Shown piece after piece: positions 12,920 through 23,714 of a stretch of DNA of 64,000 nt. This DNA is from Macrostomum hystrix. Lineage: Eukaryota > Animalia > Platyhelminthes. The DNA is taken from NCBI GenBank assembly GCA_950097015.1, contig CATNEN010000024.1, positions 2,976,001-3,040,000 of the forward strand, given 5' to 3'. Under the pieces are notes generated by a model, which was not told where the DNA came from, searched no databases, and saw only the letters and a program-made list of their open reading frames with translations. The position numbers were made by a program, and so were the translations under genes. Numbering within the stretch: the first letter of the stretch is position 1; each line of letters opens with the position of its first letter.

Positions 12920-13263
12920 ATTGCACGATATATTCAACGATTCTCGTCCGGGTGTTTAGTGACCAGAACTGCCAATATAGACAGAATTCTTCTGCTCGCT
13001 AAATTTCATCATGCAGCCATATCGGCTATGATTGTTGATTACATAGTTAATTTGTTTATTTTTTAAATTTATCGCTGAATATCTCGACGATGCTTACGTC
13101 AGATGACTTAGAAAAATATTTCATTGCAAAGAGCGGAAAAGGTGGAGTTTCACGGTCATCGGTCATTCGGTTTGGGAGTTATCGTGAAGTAGGCAGCGGG
13201 TATTTGGAATTCCCCCGTGGTCTTTCGTCCGGTGGGGGAATAGCGTCGTCCATCTACTGTTAA
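12920..13263. mobile_element. MITE family 1, right half with TIR ..ctactgttaa
   Basis: Shares internal blocks and right end with 36243-36792. Confidence 0.65.
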
Positions 13264-13656
13264 TCACTCCTTTCAGAAAAAGTTAAATAAACAAACCGAT
13301 ACGTATGTTTTAGCGTCCGAAGAAATGCAGCATGGTTTTCTTAGAAATTACAAAATGGAACTCGAAATACAAGGAAAGCTCGCGAGAATGCCGTTGGCCA
13401 ACAAGTTAAGCGTAGATTCGAAGTTCAGGATTCTGTACACGAGCTAAAAATAGATGCAGAACAATAGCCAGTTGTTTTTATTTAGGTATCAGCTTAGCAT
13501 CTCAGCCTTCAATTTTAGTTAGGCCTTCCTTGGCCAAGCCAAGGACGTTTTTGCGCCAGACACATGCTTATAAATGGGCACATTTACAAAGGCATCGAGC
13601 AAGCAAGCGCTTTTTTAAAGTCAAGCTCGTCAAGAACGAACTGGTGGTCTAGTACA

Positions 13657-14829
13657 ATGTCAAAGCTGCCCATAGATGCTTGGCTGAGAGAGCTACTGGA
13701 CAGGGGCGGCCAGAGCGACCTGAGTTGGCACGAACAGCGGGAGGGCACTTTCCGCATTGAATGGCCTCACGGCAAACTCAAGTCCTTCAACAACCGGCTG
13801 GCGGAGCAGAGAAGCATCTTCGCGGCCTGGTCGAGGTACAGAGGACCCAGTGAGTACACGACAGCTAGGACTCAAGCATTATGATAATTAATAATAGGTT
13901 ACACCTGCCCCGTTAGGTTAGATCTGCAGCCGACAGCCTAGCCGCAGCAATTGCACGGCGCATCTGAAGGCTGCGTACCGCTGTTCAGTCCATCGAATTC
14001 GGGGATGCCACCCCACCATCAATTACCCCGCTAATGCTGGCACCAATTTAACAGCTGGGTGAACTGAAGCGACAATAACAACAATATATGCAGGAGGGCT
14101 GTGGGCAATGGCACATCATTTGGTAACACTAGACCCGCAACCAGCGAGGAGGCAATTCTGCCCATTTCGCTGACTCCTGAGCACACACGCACACAGATAC
14201 CGTACGCAGGCATACGCTCACACAGGTGTGTGCATCTGCTGTGACTTTCTCATCGTCAGGCAGTGTTCACTCTCACTGGGCCTTGGAGGTTGGCCCTCAG
14301 GGGCGAAAATTGCAAAACAATGTCCAAAGCCTTCTCTCAGCGGCTGCGCCCCAAATGAATGTGAATGGAGCTCAGGGACCTTGGTGCGAGAGGCAAACGC
14401 GGTAACCGCTCTACCACTGACCCCCAACTGCAGAGTTAAGTGTCTTGCTAAAGGACACAAATTATTCTAGTAATCTGAACCCCGGTATTGTGAGTCGTGA
14501 GTCGTGAGGTGCAGAACTCTCGATTTCGTTGAAAAATATTTTGACGATTCTCTTCCATCCCTTTAAAACTTTCCTTCTCCTGTCTCGAAGGTGGCTCCAA
14601 AAATAGCCGCAGCTACTCCAACCTGAAGCAGACATTCCGGTGTGCTCTGAACGGCAACAAGAGGATCGCCCGCTGTCCCTGGGAGGGCAGGACTGCTGCT
14701 GGAGTCAGCTATCGAGTGTTCCGATTCGTTGATTGCGCAATGGATACCAGCAGCTTGTCTGACTCCGCCAGCTACGACAGCGGAATTTGCGAGGATTTTG
14801 AAGAGCTTCTGAAACAATTCACAAAGTAG
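13657..14829 (+). CDS. IRF: IRF-like transcription factor 2, essentially DNA-binding domain only, about 143 aa
   Basis: Exon 1 is 13657-13849 (DAWL..LSW..FRIEWPH..IFAAWSRYRG). Exon 2 is 14591-14829 (LKQTFRCALNGNK..YRVFRF..stop). Phase-1 GT-AG intron at nearly the same position as in IRF-1. Confidence 0.82.
13925..14510 (-). mobile_element. SINE B copy interrupted by a SINE A insertion (14075-14425), inside the IRF-2 intron
   Basis: B tail and part of CORE at 13925-14072, full A body, then B resumes (gagttaagtgtcttgctaaagga) at 14430-14510. Confidence 0.75.
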
Positions 14830-15129
14830 AACCCAGCCGGCTTCATTGATTGACTCTGGGAGTTTTTTGTCACCGATTTCATATTTTTTTCATTGATTTT
14901 TTGCACAATTCTTTGTCAGTAGGACCAGCGTGTCTTTAGGACTAGCTAACAAGACTGATTTTATATCGTCAAATCGTCATATGTCAAACTTAACAGGTCG
15001 TTCATAGTCTAGATATCCTTTTTACAGATATTTATAAGCTACTTTCATTTTTTATAATTAGCCCAGTGATATTTTAATTGCGCCTCATCATGCCAAATGT
15101 TTTCAGTATATTTCAAATATACACTAACC

Positions 15130-15143
15130 GTTGTCATGGCAAC
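15130..15143. promoter_or_regulatory. RFX X-box-like palindrome GTTGTCATGGCAAC
   Basis: One mismatch to GTTGCCATGGCAAC; target gene not identified. Confidence 0.3.
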
Positions 15144-15574
15144 AAATCTGCTAATCAAGTTGTAGTTCAGCGCCACATTTCATTAAAAAAAGACAGCCTG
15201 ACTAGATGCAGAGAGTCTGTTGCTATGCTTGCTTCTAGGCTGCTACTACCCGCAGGCTATTTCCGAGTGTAAAATGAATTCGGTGTCCAAGATAACATTG
15301 CGTCAGTGTTTCAGAGCTCTCGCATTAATCGGATGAAGCACAGATGCCCTGAGCTGGGCACGGGTCTCAGTCTCTAGTCTAGAAGTGGATTCAGGAGGTC
15401 TGAAGTATTCCGATTGTAGGAGACTTGTCAAAGACACTAACTATTACTGGACAAGAAGCACTCAATGCACTGACAAATCCTCAATGCATAGTTTTATTTA
15501 GTAGAAGCATTGTACTTTCAGTTTGAGTGTCATATTTATATGTTTAGAAGTGCTGGTTCCTCTTTTAGCTCGTA

Positions 15575-16265
15575 TTACAGACTGTCAGGTTTTCAGACTG
15601 TTAGGGTGTCAGACTGTCAGGGTGTCAGACTGTCAGGGTGTCAGACTGTTAGGGTGTCAGACTGTCAGGGTGTCAGACTCTTAGGTTTTTAGACTGTCAG
15701 GTTTTCAGACTGTCAGGGTGTCAGACTGTCAGGGTGTCAGAGTGTTAGGTTTTTAGACTGTCAGGTTTTCAGACTGTCAGGGTGTCAGACTGTCAGGGTG
15801 TCAGACTGTCAAGTTTTCAGACTGTCAGGGTGTCAGGGTGTCAGGGTGTCAGACTGTCAAGTTTTCAGACTGTCAGGGCGTCAGGGTGTCAGACTGTCAG
15901 GTTTTCAGACTGTCAGGTTGTCAGGGTGTCAGGGTGTCAGGGTGTCAGACTGTCAGGTTTTCAGACTGTCAGCTTGTCAGACTGTCAGGGTGTCAGACTG
16001 TCAGGTTGTCAGACTGTCAGGTTGTCAGGGTGTCAGACTGTCAGGGTGTCAGACTGTCAGGTTTTCAGATTGTCAGGGTGTCAGACTGTCAGGGTGTTAG
16101 ACTGTCAGGTTTTCAGACTGTCAGGGTGTCAGACTGTCAGGGTGTCAGACTGTCAGGGTGTCCGACTGTCGGGGTGTCAGACTCTCAGACTGTCATTGTG
16201 GATGCGAGACGACAGACTATACTATCATACTGTCAGACTGTGAGGGTGTCAGAGAGGGTGTCAGT
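15575..16265. repeat. 16-bp minisatellite gtcagactgtcagggt
   Basis: About 40 degenerate units; source of spurious CQGVRLSG ORFs. Confidence 0.95.
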
Positions 16266-16367
16266 TATTAAGTGAACGCATGTATTTTTAAATCGCCAAA
16301 AAGACATGCATTTACTATTTTTCTTGATAACAAAATGTTTCACGATGCGCTTTTATTTGATTGAGTC

Positions 16368-16628
16368 ATGCATTTCCAGTTGAGTCATGCATTTCCAGTT
16401 GAGTCATGCATTTCCAGTTGAGTCATGCATTTCCAGTTGAGTCATGCATTTCCAGTTGAGTCATGCATTTCCAGTTGAGTCATGCATTTCCAGTTGAGTC
16501 ATGCATTTCCAGTTGAGTCATGCATTTCCAGTTGAGTCATGCATTTCCAGTTGAGTCATGCATTTCCAGTTGAGTCATGCATTTCCAGTTGAGTCATGCA
16601 TTTCCAGTTGAGTCATGCATTTCCAGTT
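16368..16628. repeat. Near-perfect 19-bp array tgagtcatgcatttccagt
   Basis: About 13-14 identical units. Confidence 0.97.
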
Positions 16629-17009
16629 ATCTTTGGTCCATGATGTCAGCAAAAGACACTTTTTTGTTTTTAGCAAAAACCCGTCTTTAGTAACTTCCTC
16701 TTTTCCCGAACTAATGTCTTGTTCGGTCTGGCTTTTTTGTTCCAGAGCTCAAAACTGCCGCTATGCTCAAATTGATGTTGGCATTTGCCCCGTCTAGCGG
16801 ATCAACAAGGAAAATATAAGGAAAGGTGAGGCGGCAGATCCTCTTTGAGCAGACACCCGGCAGCATTTTTCCGCTATTGCATTTATCCAAATTTGCTGTA
16901 TCCCAGTCTCATTAATTAGCATTCTCTTTCGCTGTTGAGATAAAACATGTCACCCATATTTGCGGCTCTTTATCTCTGATCTCTTTTATTTCCATGAATT
17001 TACACGCAT

Positions 17010-18435
17010 TCTCTAGAGCATAGCAACAGGGATTCTCTAGCATTCCATTGAGCATAGCAACAGGGATTCTCTAGCATTCCATTGAGCATAGCAACAGGGA
17101 TTCTCTAGCATTCCATTGAGCATAGCAACAGGGATTCTCTAGCATTCCATTGAGCATAGCAACAGGGATTCTCTAGCATTCCATTGAGCATAGCAACAGG
17201 GATTCTCTAGCATTCCATTGAGCATAGCAACAGGGATTCTCTAGCATTCCATTGAGCATAGCAACAGGGATTCTCTAGCATTCCATTGAGCATAACAACA
17301 GTGATTTCCTAGAATCCAAATGCGCATAACAACAATGATTTTCTAGAATCCAAATGCGCATAACAACAGTGATTTCCTAGAATCCAAATGCGCATAACAA
17401 CAATGATTTTCTAGAATCCAAATGCACATAACAACAGTGATTTCCTAGAATCCAAATGCGCATAACAACAGTGATTTCCTAGAATCCAAATGCGCATAAC
17501 AACAGTGATTTCCTAGAATCCAAATACGCATAACAACAGTGATTTCCTAGAATCCAAATGCGCATAACAACAGTGATTTCCTAGAATCCAAATGCGCATA
17601 ACAACAGTGATTTCCTAGAATCCAAATACTCACAACAACAGTGATTTCCTAGAATCTATATGAGCATAACAACAGTGATTTCCTAGAATCTATATGAGCA
17701 TAACAATAGTGATTTCCTAGAATCTATATGAGCATAACAACAGTGATTTCCTAGAATCCAAATGCGCATAACAACAGTGATTTCCTAGAATCCAAATGCG
17801 CATAACAACAGTGATTTCCTAGAATCCAAATGCGCATAACAACAGTGATTTCCTAGAATCCAAATGCGCATAACAACAGTGATTTCCTAGAATCCAAATG
17901 CGCATAACAACAGTGATTTCCTAGAATCCAAATGCGCATAACAACAGTGATTTCCTAGAATCCAAATGCGCATAACAACAGTGATTTCCTAGAATCCAAA
18001 TGCGCATAACAACAGTGATTACCTAGAATCCAAATGCGCATAACAACAGTGATTTCCTAGAATCCATATGAGCATAACAACAGTGATTTCCTAGAATCCA
18101 AATGCACATAACAACAGTGATTTCCTAGAATCCAAATGCGCATAACAACAGTGATTTCCTAGAATCCAAATGCGCATAACAACAGTGATTTCCTGGAATC
18201 CAAATGCGCATAACAACAGTGATTTCCTGGAATCCAAATGCGCATAACAATAGTGATTTCCTAGAATCCAAATGCGCATAACAACAGTGATTTCCTAGAA
18301 TCCAAATGCGCATAACAACAGTGATTTCCTAGAATCCAAATGCGCATAACAACAGTGATTTCCTAGAATCCAAATGCGCATAACAACAGTGATTTCCTAG
18401 AATCCAAATGCGCATAACAACAGTGATTTCCTATC
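17010..18435. repeat. 34-bp satellite with two unit variants in succession
   Basis: gagcatagcaacagggattctctagcattccatt, then gcgcataacaacagtgatttcctagaatccaaat; about 41 units. Confidence 0.97.
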
Positions 18436-19019
18436 CAAATCCTAAATGATTTTACCATCGAGTTTTTTTCAAATAAGGATTTATCTTGAAAAAAGTGAAG
18501 AAAACACTTAATTACTTCCTATTCGCGATTCTCAACTCAATAACGCCAGCAAAAATAAAAAAAGAATTGAAACCTTAATGACAAATTTTCTCCGAAAACT
18601 GAGCATAGAAGTATTGACAAATTGTCAGAGTAGATTGCTGTCATTACGAAATTGTGATCTTCATAATTCGTCATGGAAGTCATTAAAGGTAGATTAAAAG
18701 CTAGTTTATTGCTCTGAAATACCCAGTTTTTTTTCTTTTTTTTAAAGCAATAAACGGATCGCAGTTTGAGCTGTCTATTCAGAGAATTAGAAAAATTCAC
18801 TCCGGAAAAAAGAAGAAAATGTAATTGCGTTTCCGAGAATCCGGCAGCCTCCTTGCTATACTTTCTCATCCGTTTAACCAATAGGAGCGCTACAATTTTC
18901 TCTGCACACTCGGGGCATGCCATATTCAAGCCGTAAGAGCTACTGACAAATTTCCAGTTGCGGAGAAAACTTCTGTCTAAGCATTCGCAACTTTATCTAG
19001 GTAAGTGATAGCTCAATAC

Positions 19020-19545
19020 AGGCTCCTGACCTCCCTTACCGTCAGCTCCTGAACTCCCTCACTGCCAGCTCCTGAACTTCCTCACCGTCAGCTCCTGAAC
19101 TCCCTCACTGCCAGCTCCTGAACTTCCTCACTGCCAGCTCCTGAACTTCCTCACCGTCAGCTCCTGAACTCCCTCACTGCCAGCTCCTGAACTCCCTCAC
19201 TGCCAGCTCCTGAACTCCCTCACTGCCAGCTCCTGAACTCCCTCACCGTCAGCTCCTGACCTCCCTCACCGTCAGCTCCTGACCTCCCTCACCGTCAGCT
19301 CCAGAACTCCCTCACTGCCAGCTCCTGAACTCCCTCACTGCCAGCTCCTGAACTCCCTCACTGCCAGCTCCTGAACTCCCTCACTGCCAGCTCCTGAACT
19401 CCCTCACTGCCAGCTCCTGACCTTCCTCACTGCCAGCTCCTGAACTCCCTCACTGCCAGCTCCTGAACTCCCTCACTGCCAGCTCCTGACCTTCCTCACT
19501 GCCAGCTCCTGAACTCCCTCACTGCCAGCTCCTGAACTCCCTCAC
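19020..19545. repeat. 23-bp minisatellite abutting the GPCR start
   Basis: Unit cagctcctgaactccctcactgc, about 22 copies. Confidence 0.95.
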
Positions 19546-19581
19546 CACCAGCTCCCCTTCGCCCTCCAGCTCAGCCAACTG

Positions 19582-22500
19582 ATGGCCTCGGCGAACAACA
19601 GCAGCTCTGCTGCTGGCTGGGTCAGCGACAGCCGCTTCAACCTCGCCAGCCAGGCGGGCATCTGGACGGCCTTCTCGGCGGTGATGGTGGCGTCCATCGT
19701 TGGCAACGGTGTTGTGGTGTGGATCATCCTTGCCCACGCTCAGATGCGCAGCGTGACAAACATTTTCCTGCTCAACTTGAGCCTGTCGGACATTCTGCTC
19801 TGCGCTCTGCAGGTTGTCCCCAACGTCTGCTACGCCCTGTCCAGCTCTTGGAACTTCGGCCAGTTTTACTGCCGCCTATCCAACTTCATCACCACCTTCT
19901 CCATCTCGCTGTCCGTGTTCACCTTTATGGCCATCGCTATCGAAAGGTGAGATAATGTTCGAGTCGAAATCGAAGCCAGCTAGCAATGTCCTAAATTTAG
20001 ATGAGATTTTCTAGCTATCGTCATGCATCGATATTTTCTTTAATTATTGATCTGATGACGTCATTAACAGTAGAAAGAGCACGGGGATATTTGAAACACC
20101 AAGACTTTTCTTCTTTCTGAATCTCCCAAAATGTTCGACCAATCGCCATGAATATGCAGAACACTGCCAGCTTACTAAAATTTTCTGCTTTGTCCGCTGA
20201 AACAACTTCCAGAATCACAAAACATCTCGTCGGGATGTCTGGTGGCAAGAACCACAAAAATAGGCATATTTTTTCTGCTCACAAAATTTCATCATTTAAT
20301 CGCGTCAAATATTATTTTTAACTTTTTGTTAATAGTCAACAGGACGAAGACAGAAAGCGCAGACGTGGCGAGGAAGGCGAGAGCCAGGCGAAAGGAGCTC
20401 GCTTGTCATGTTTCAGGCAACTATTTTACCGATATTTAACAAGTAGAAGAGCGGGTTTTAAAAGCAGAAAAAAAATTTACAAGCGAAGGGCAGTGCATGG
20501 CACACGCAGCCAGCGCACCCACACAGCGCGCCCACACACCCGCCACCCCATACGCCCACCATCCCACACACCCACCACCCCACACACCCACCACCCCACA
20601 CACCCACCACCCCACACACCCACCACCCCACACACCCACCACCCCACACACCCACCCACACCCACCACCCCACACACCCACCACCCCACACACCCACCAC
20701 CCCACACACTAGCTTTGAAAGTTAGTTCATCGTAAATGGCGGAAAAATTTTATTTAGATGGTGGAGTTTCACCAAAAACGGTCATTCGGTTTGGGGGCTA
20801 TCGTGAAGTAGGCAGTCAGGGGTCAGGTTATCTGATTCATCGATCAGGTAATGTCATTCATCGATCTGGTGATGTCAGTTATCGATCTGGAGATGTCAGT
20901 TATCGATCTGGAGATGTCAGTTATCGATCTGGTGATGTCAGTTATCGATCTGGTGATGTCAGTTATCGATCTGGTGATGTCAGTTATCGATCTGGTGATG
21001 TCAGTTATCGATCTGGTGATGTCAGTTATCGATCTGGAGATGTCAGTTATCGATCTGGTGATGTCAGTTATCGATCTGGTGATTCCATTTGAACAAATGT
21101 CCTAGACGTGTGTCTCAAACTGTTTCACAATCTTCAAAGTCTCATTCGCCAGCCTCAACCGTGGTCACCGCAGATATATGGTGATCGTCTATCCGCTTCG
21201 ACCGCGACCAAGACGCTGCACAATCATCGCCAGTCTGATCTTTATCTGGGCATTCAGCATCCTGACGGCGGCCCCGGTGGCCTGGCTTAGCGGCACGGTG
21301 GCTGAGGTCTCCGGCGGCATCTCCTGCAAGATGGAGGAAAGCCTTGGCAAGACGTAAGACAAAAGCAAACATTCGGCTTCTTAACTTTTGACTAGAGCCA
21401 AAGCCGCTAAGCACAATGCCACCCCACAGATACAATTGGATCCTTCTGACGCTGCAGTGCCTGGCACCGCTCATTGTTGTCGGCTTCACCTACGTGGTGA
21501 TCGCCATCCGGTTGTGGAAGCAGCAGCCAATCGGAGAGCAGGTGTCAACGCACCAGGCTGAGAACATTCGAGCTAAGCGAAAGGTGATTACCAAGGAGTA
21601 CGTACACCAAGAAGTGGTGCACAATAGACATCAGGGAGTGATGCACAATGGACATCAGGGAGCGATGCACAATGGACATAAGGGAGTGATGCATATTGGA
21701 CATCAGGGAGTGATGCATAATGGACATCAGGGAGTGATACACAGTGGACATCAGGGAGTGATGCACAATGGATACCAGGGAGTGATTCACAAAGCACATC
21801 AGGGAGTGATGCACAAAGCACATCAGGGAGTGATGCAGGACATCAGGGAGTGATGCACAAAGGACATCAGGGAGTGATGCACAGTGGAATATCAAGGACT
21901 CAAATACCATGTATATGTGCTTCTGACGCACAACGGACATTTGGATGTTTGAGAACCGCTGTTGCTATGCTGATTTGGATGGTAGAGAACCGCTGTTGCA
22001 ATGCTCATTTGGATGGTAGAGAACCGCTGTTGCTATGCTCATTTGGATGGTAGAGAACCGCTGTTGCTATGCCCATTTGGATGGTAGGGAATCCCTGTTG
22101 CTATGCCCATTTGCATGGTAGGGAATCCCCGTTGCTACGCGCATTTGGATTGTAGGGAATCCCCGTTGCTACGCTCATTTGGATGGTAGGGAATCCCTGT
22201 TGCTACGCTCATTTGGATGTTAGGGAATCCCTGTTGCTATGCTTAATGGACATTCGCTCAATTAACCCCTATAAAAAATGACATGAGAGAGTTAATCGAA
22301 AATTTTTCGAATTGACAGCAGATGCTCGTTATTTCATATTATGTTTCGCGTCATGTTGCTGTTAGTAGACTTTTTCAGCATGCAATAGAAATACTATAGC
22401 CAGAGCCTGGTGGCCTACTAAATCGACCACCCGCAGATTGTGAAGATGATGATTATCGTCGTCTTGATCTTCGCCCTCTGCTGGATTCCCTACCAGATGA

Positions 22501-23714
22501 TGTTCTTCATTGTGCGCGACGCCTGGCACTTTATCATTCTCTACTTTATTGCGGTCTGCAGCACCGTGCCCAACCCCTTCATCTACTGCAAGATGAACCG
22601 CAAGTAAGCAATCAGCATGACAGGGTTGCAACCAAATCAGGGAGTGATGAGTTCTGACGAGGCTACAGCCAATCAGGGAGTGATAAGATCTGACAGGGTT
22701 TCAGCCAATCAGCGAGTGATGAGTTCTGACAAGCGTACAATAGGCCTACATCCAATCAGGGAGTGATCAGTTCAGACTGGGTTTCAGCCAATCAGGGAAT
22801 GATCAGTTCTGACAGGGTTTCAGCCAATCAGGGAGTGATCAGTTCAGACTGGGTTTCAGCCAATCAGGGAATGATCAGTTCTGACAGGGTTTCAGCCAAT
22901 CAGGGAGTGATCAGTTCTGACAGGGTTTCAGCCAATCAGGGAATGATCAGTTCTGACAGGGTTTCAGCCAATCAGGGAATGATCAGTTCTGACAGGGTTT
23001 CAGCCAATCAGGGAGTGATCAGTTCTGACAGGGTTTCAGCCAATCAAGGAATGATCAGTTCTGACAGGGTTTCAGCCAATCAGGGAATGATCAGTTCTGA
23101 GAGGGTTGCAACTAATTAGGTTGTATTGAGCTAGCGCATTCGAAGAGTGCGTTATTGTTAATTCCACCTTGTCTGAAGATTGCGTCTTTTTTCTCTTTTC
23201 GACTTCCGTCTTTTTTAGCTTCCGTCTAGGCTTCAAGCGAGCCTTCGCCTGGTGTCCCTATGTCACGGTGGATATGGAAAAGTACCGGATGCTCAGGCAG
23301 CGCAGGCACAACAACTTCGCCTACAGCTTCACGAAGAGCGACTCGCGAACCCACCAGCACCAGTCGCAGTACCTGGCTCAGAGTCAACGCCATCGCCAGC
23401 TGCAACTTCAGCAGTACCAGCAAAGTCAGGAGCAGCCGCAGCAGCAGCCGCAGCAGCCGCAGCAGCAGCCGCAGCAGCCGCAGCAGCAGCCGCAGCAGCA
23501 GCCGCAGCAGCCGCAGCAGCCGCAGCAGCAACAGCAGCAGCAGAGCCTGTTTGCCCGCGAACAATCCCGCCGAATGCATCGGTCGAGAAACTTCGGCAAC
23601 AATCAGGCTGCTGCTGGCGAGGCCACACCGCTAGCCGCCAGCTCGACGGTGCTGTCGGTGATGGTGTCTGTTGAGGCGCCAGCGAGCGGTCAGGTAGCTG
23701 CCAGTCGAGTGTGA
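19582..23714 (+). CDS. TACR: Class A neuropeptide GPCR, tachykinin-receptor-like, with poly-Q C-tail
   Basis: Exons 19582-19946 (QMRSVTNIFLLNLSLSD..AIAIE), 21174-21353 (RYMVIVYP), 21430-21583 (TM5), 22437-22603 (CWIPY..NPFIYCKMN) and 23219-23714 (FRLGFKRAFAWCP, typical of NK/tachykinin receptors). All GT-AG and phase-compatible. The ligand family is an inference. Confidence 0.88.
20064..20815. mobile_element. MITE family 1 copy: left TIR present, interrupted by a C-rich array, right end lost
   Basis: Starts ttaacagtagaaagagcacggggatatttg; internal blocks match 36243-36792. Confidence 0.65.
20520..20705. repeat. C-rich (caccaccccacacac)-type array; G-quadruplex-prone on the minus strand
   Basis: Tandem units visible. 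Confidence 0.9.
20840..21085. repeat. 21-bp minisatellite gatctggtgatgtcagttatc
   Basis: About 11 copies. Confidence 0.95.
21600..21890. repeat. 24-bp minisatellite just after the GPCR exon 3 donor
   Basis: Unit ggacatcagggagtgatgcacaat. Confidence 0.93.
21950..22245. repeat. 34-bp array, inverted relative of the 17010-18435 satellite
   Basis: Reverse complement of the unit is ggttctctaccatccaaatgagcatagcaacagc. Confidence 0.85.
22630..23115. repeat. 36-bp minisatellite just after the GPCR exon 4 donor
   Basis: Unit aatcagggagtgatcagttctgacagggtttcagcc. Confidence 0.95.

Noticed and set aside
17010-18435. Regular 34-bp repeats resembling a CRISPR array (also the 55-bp array at 34725)
   Set aside because: Units are head-to-tail with no unique spacers, there are no cas genes, and the context is eukaryotic
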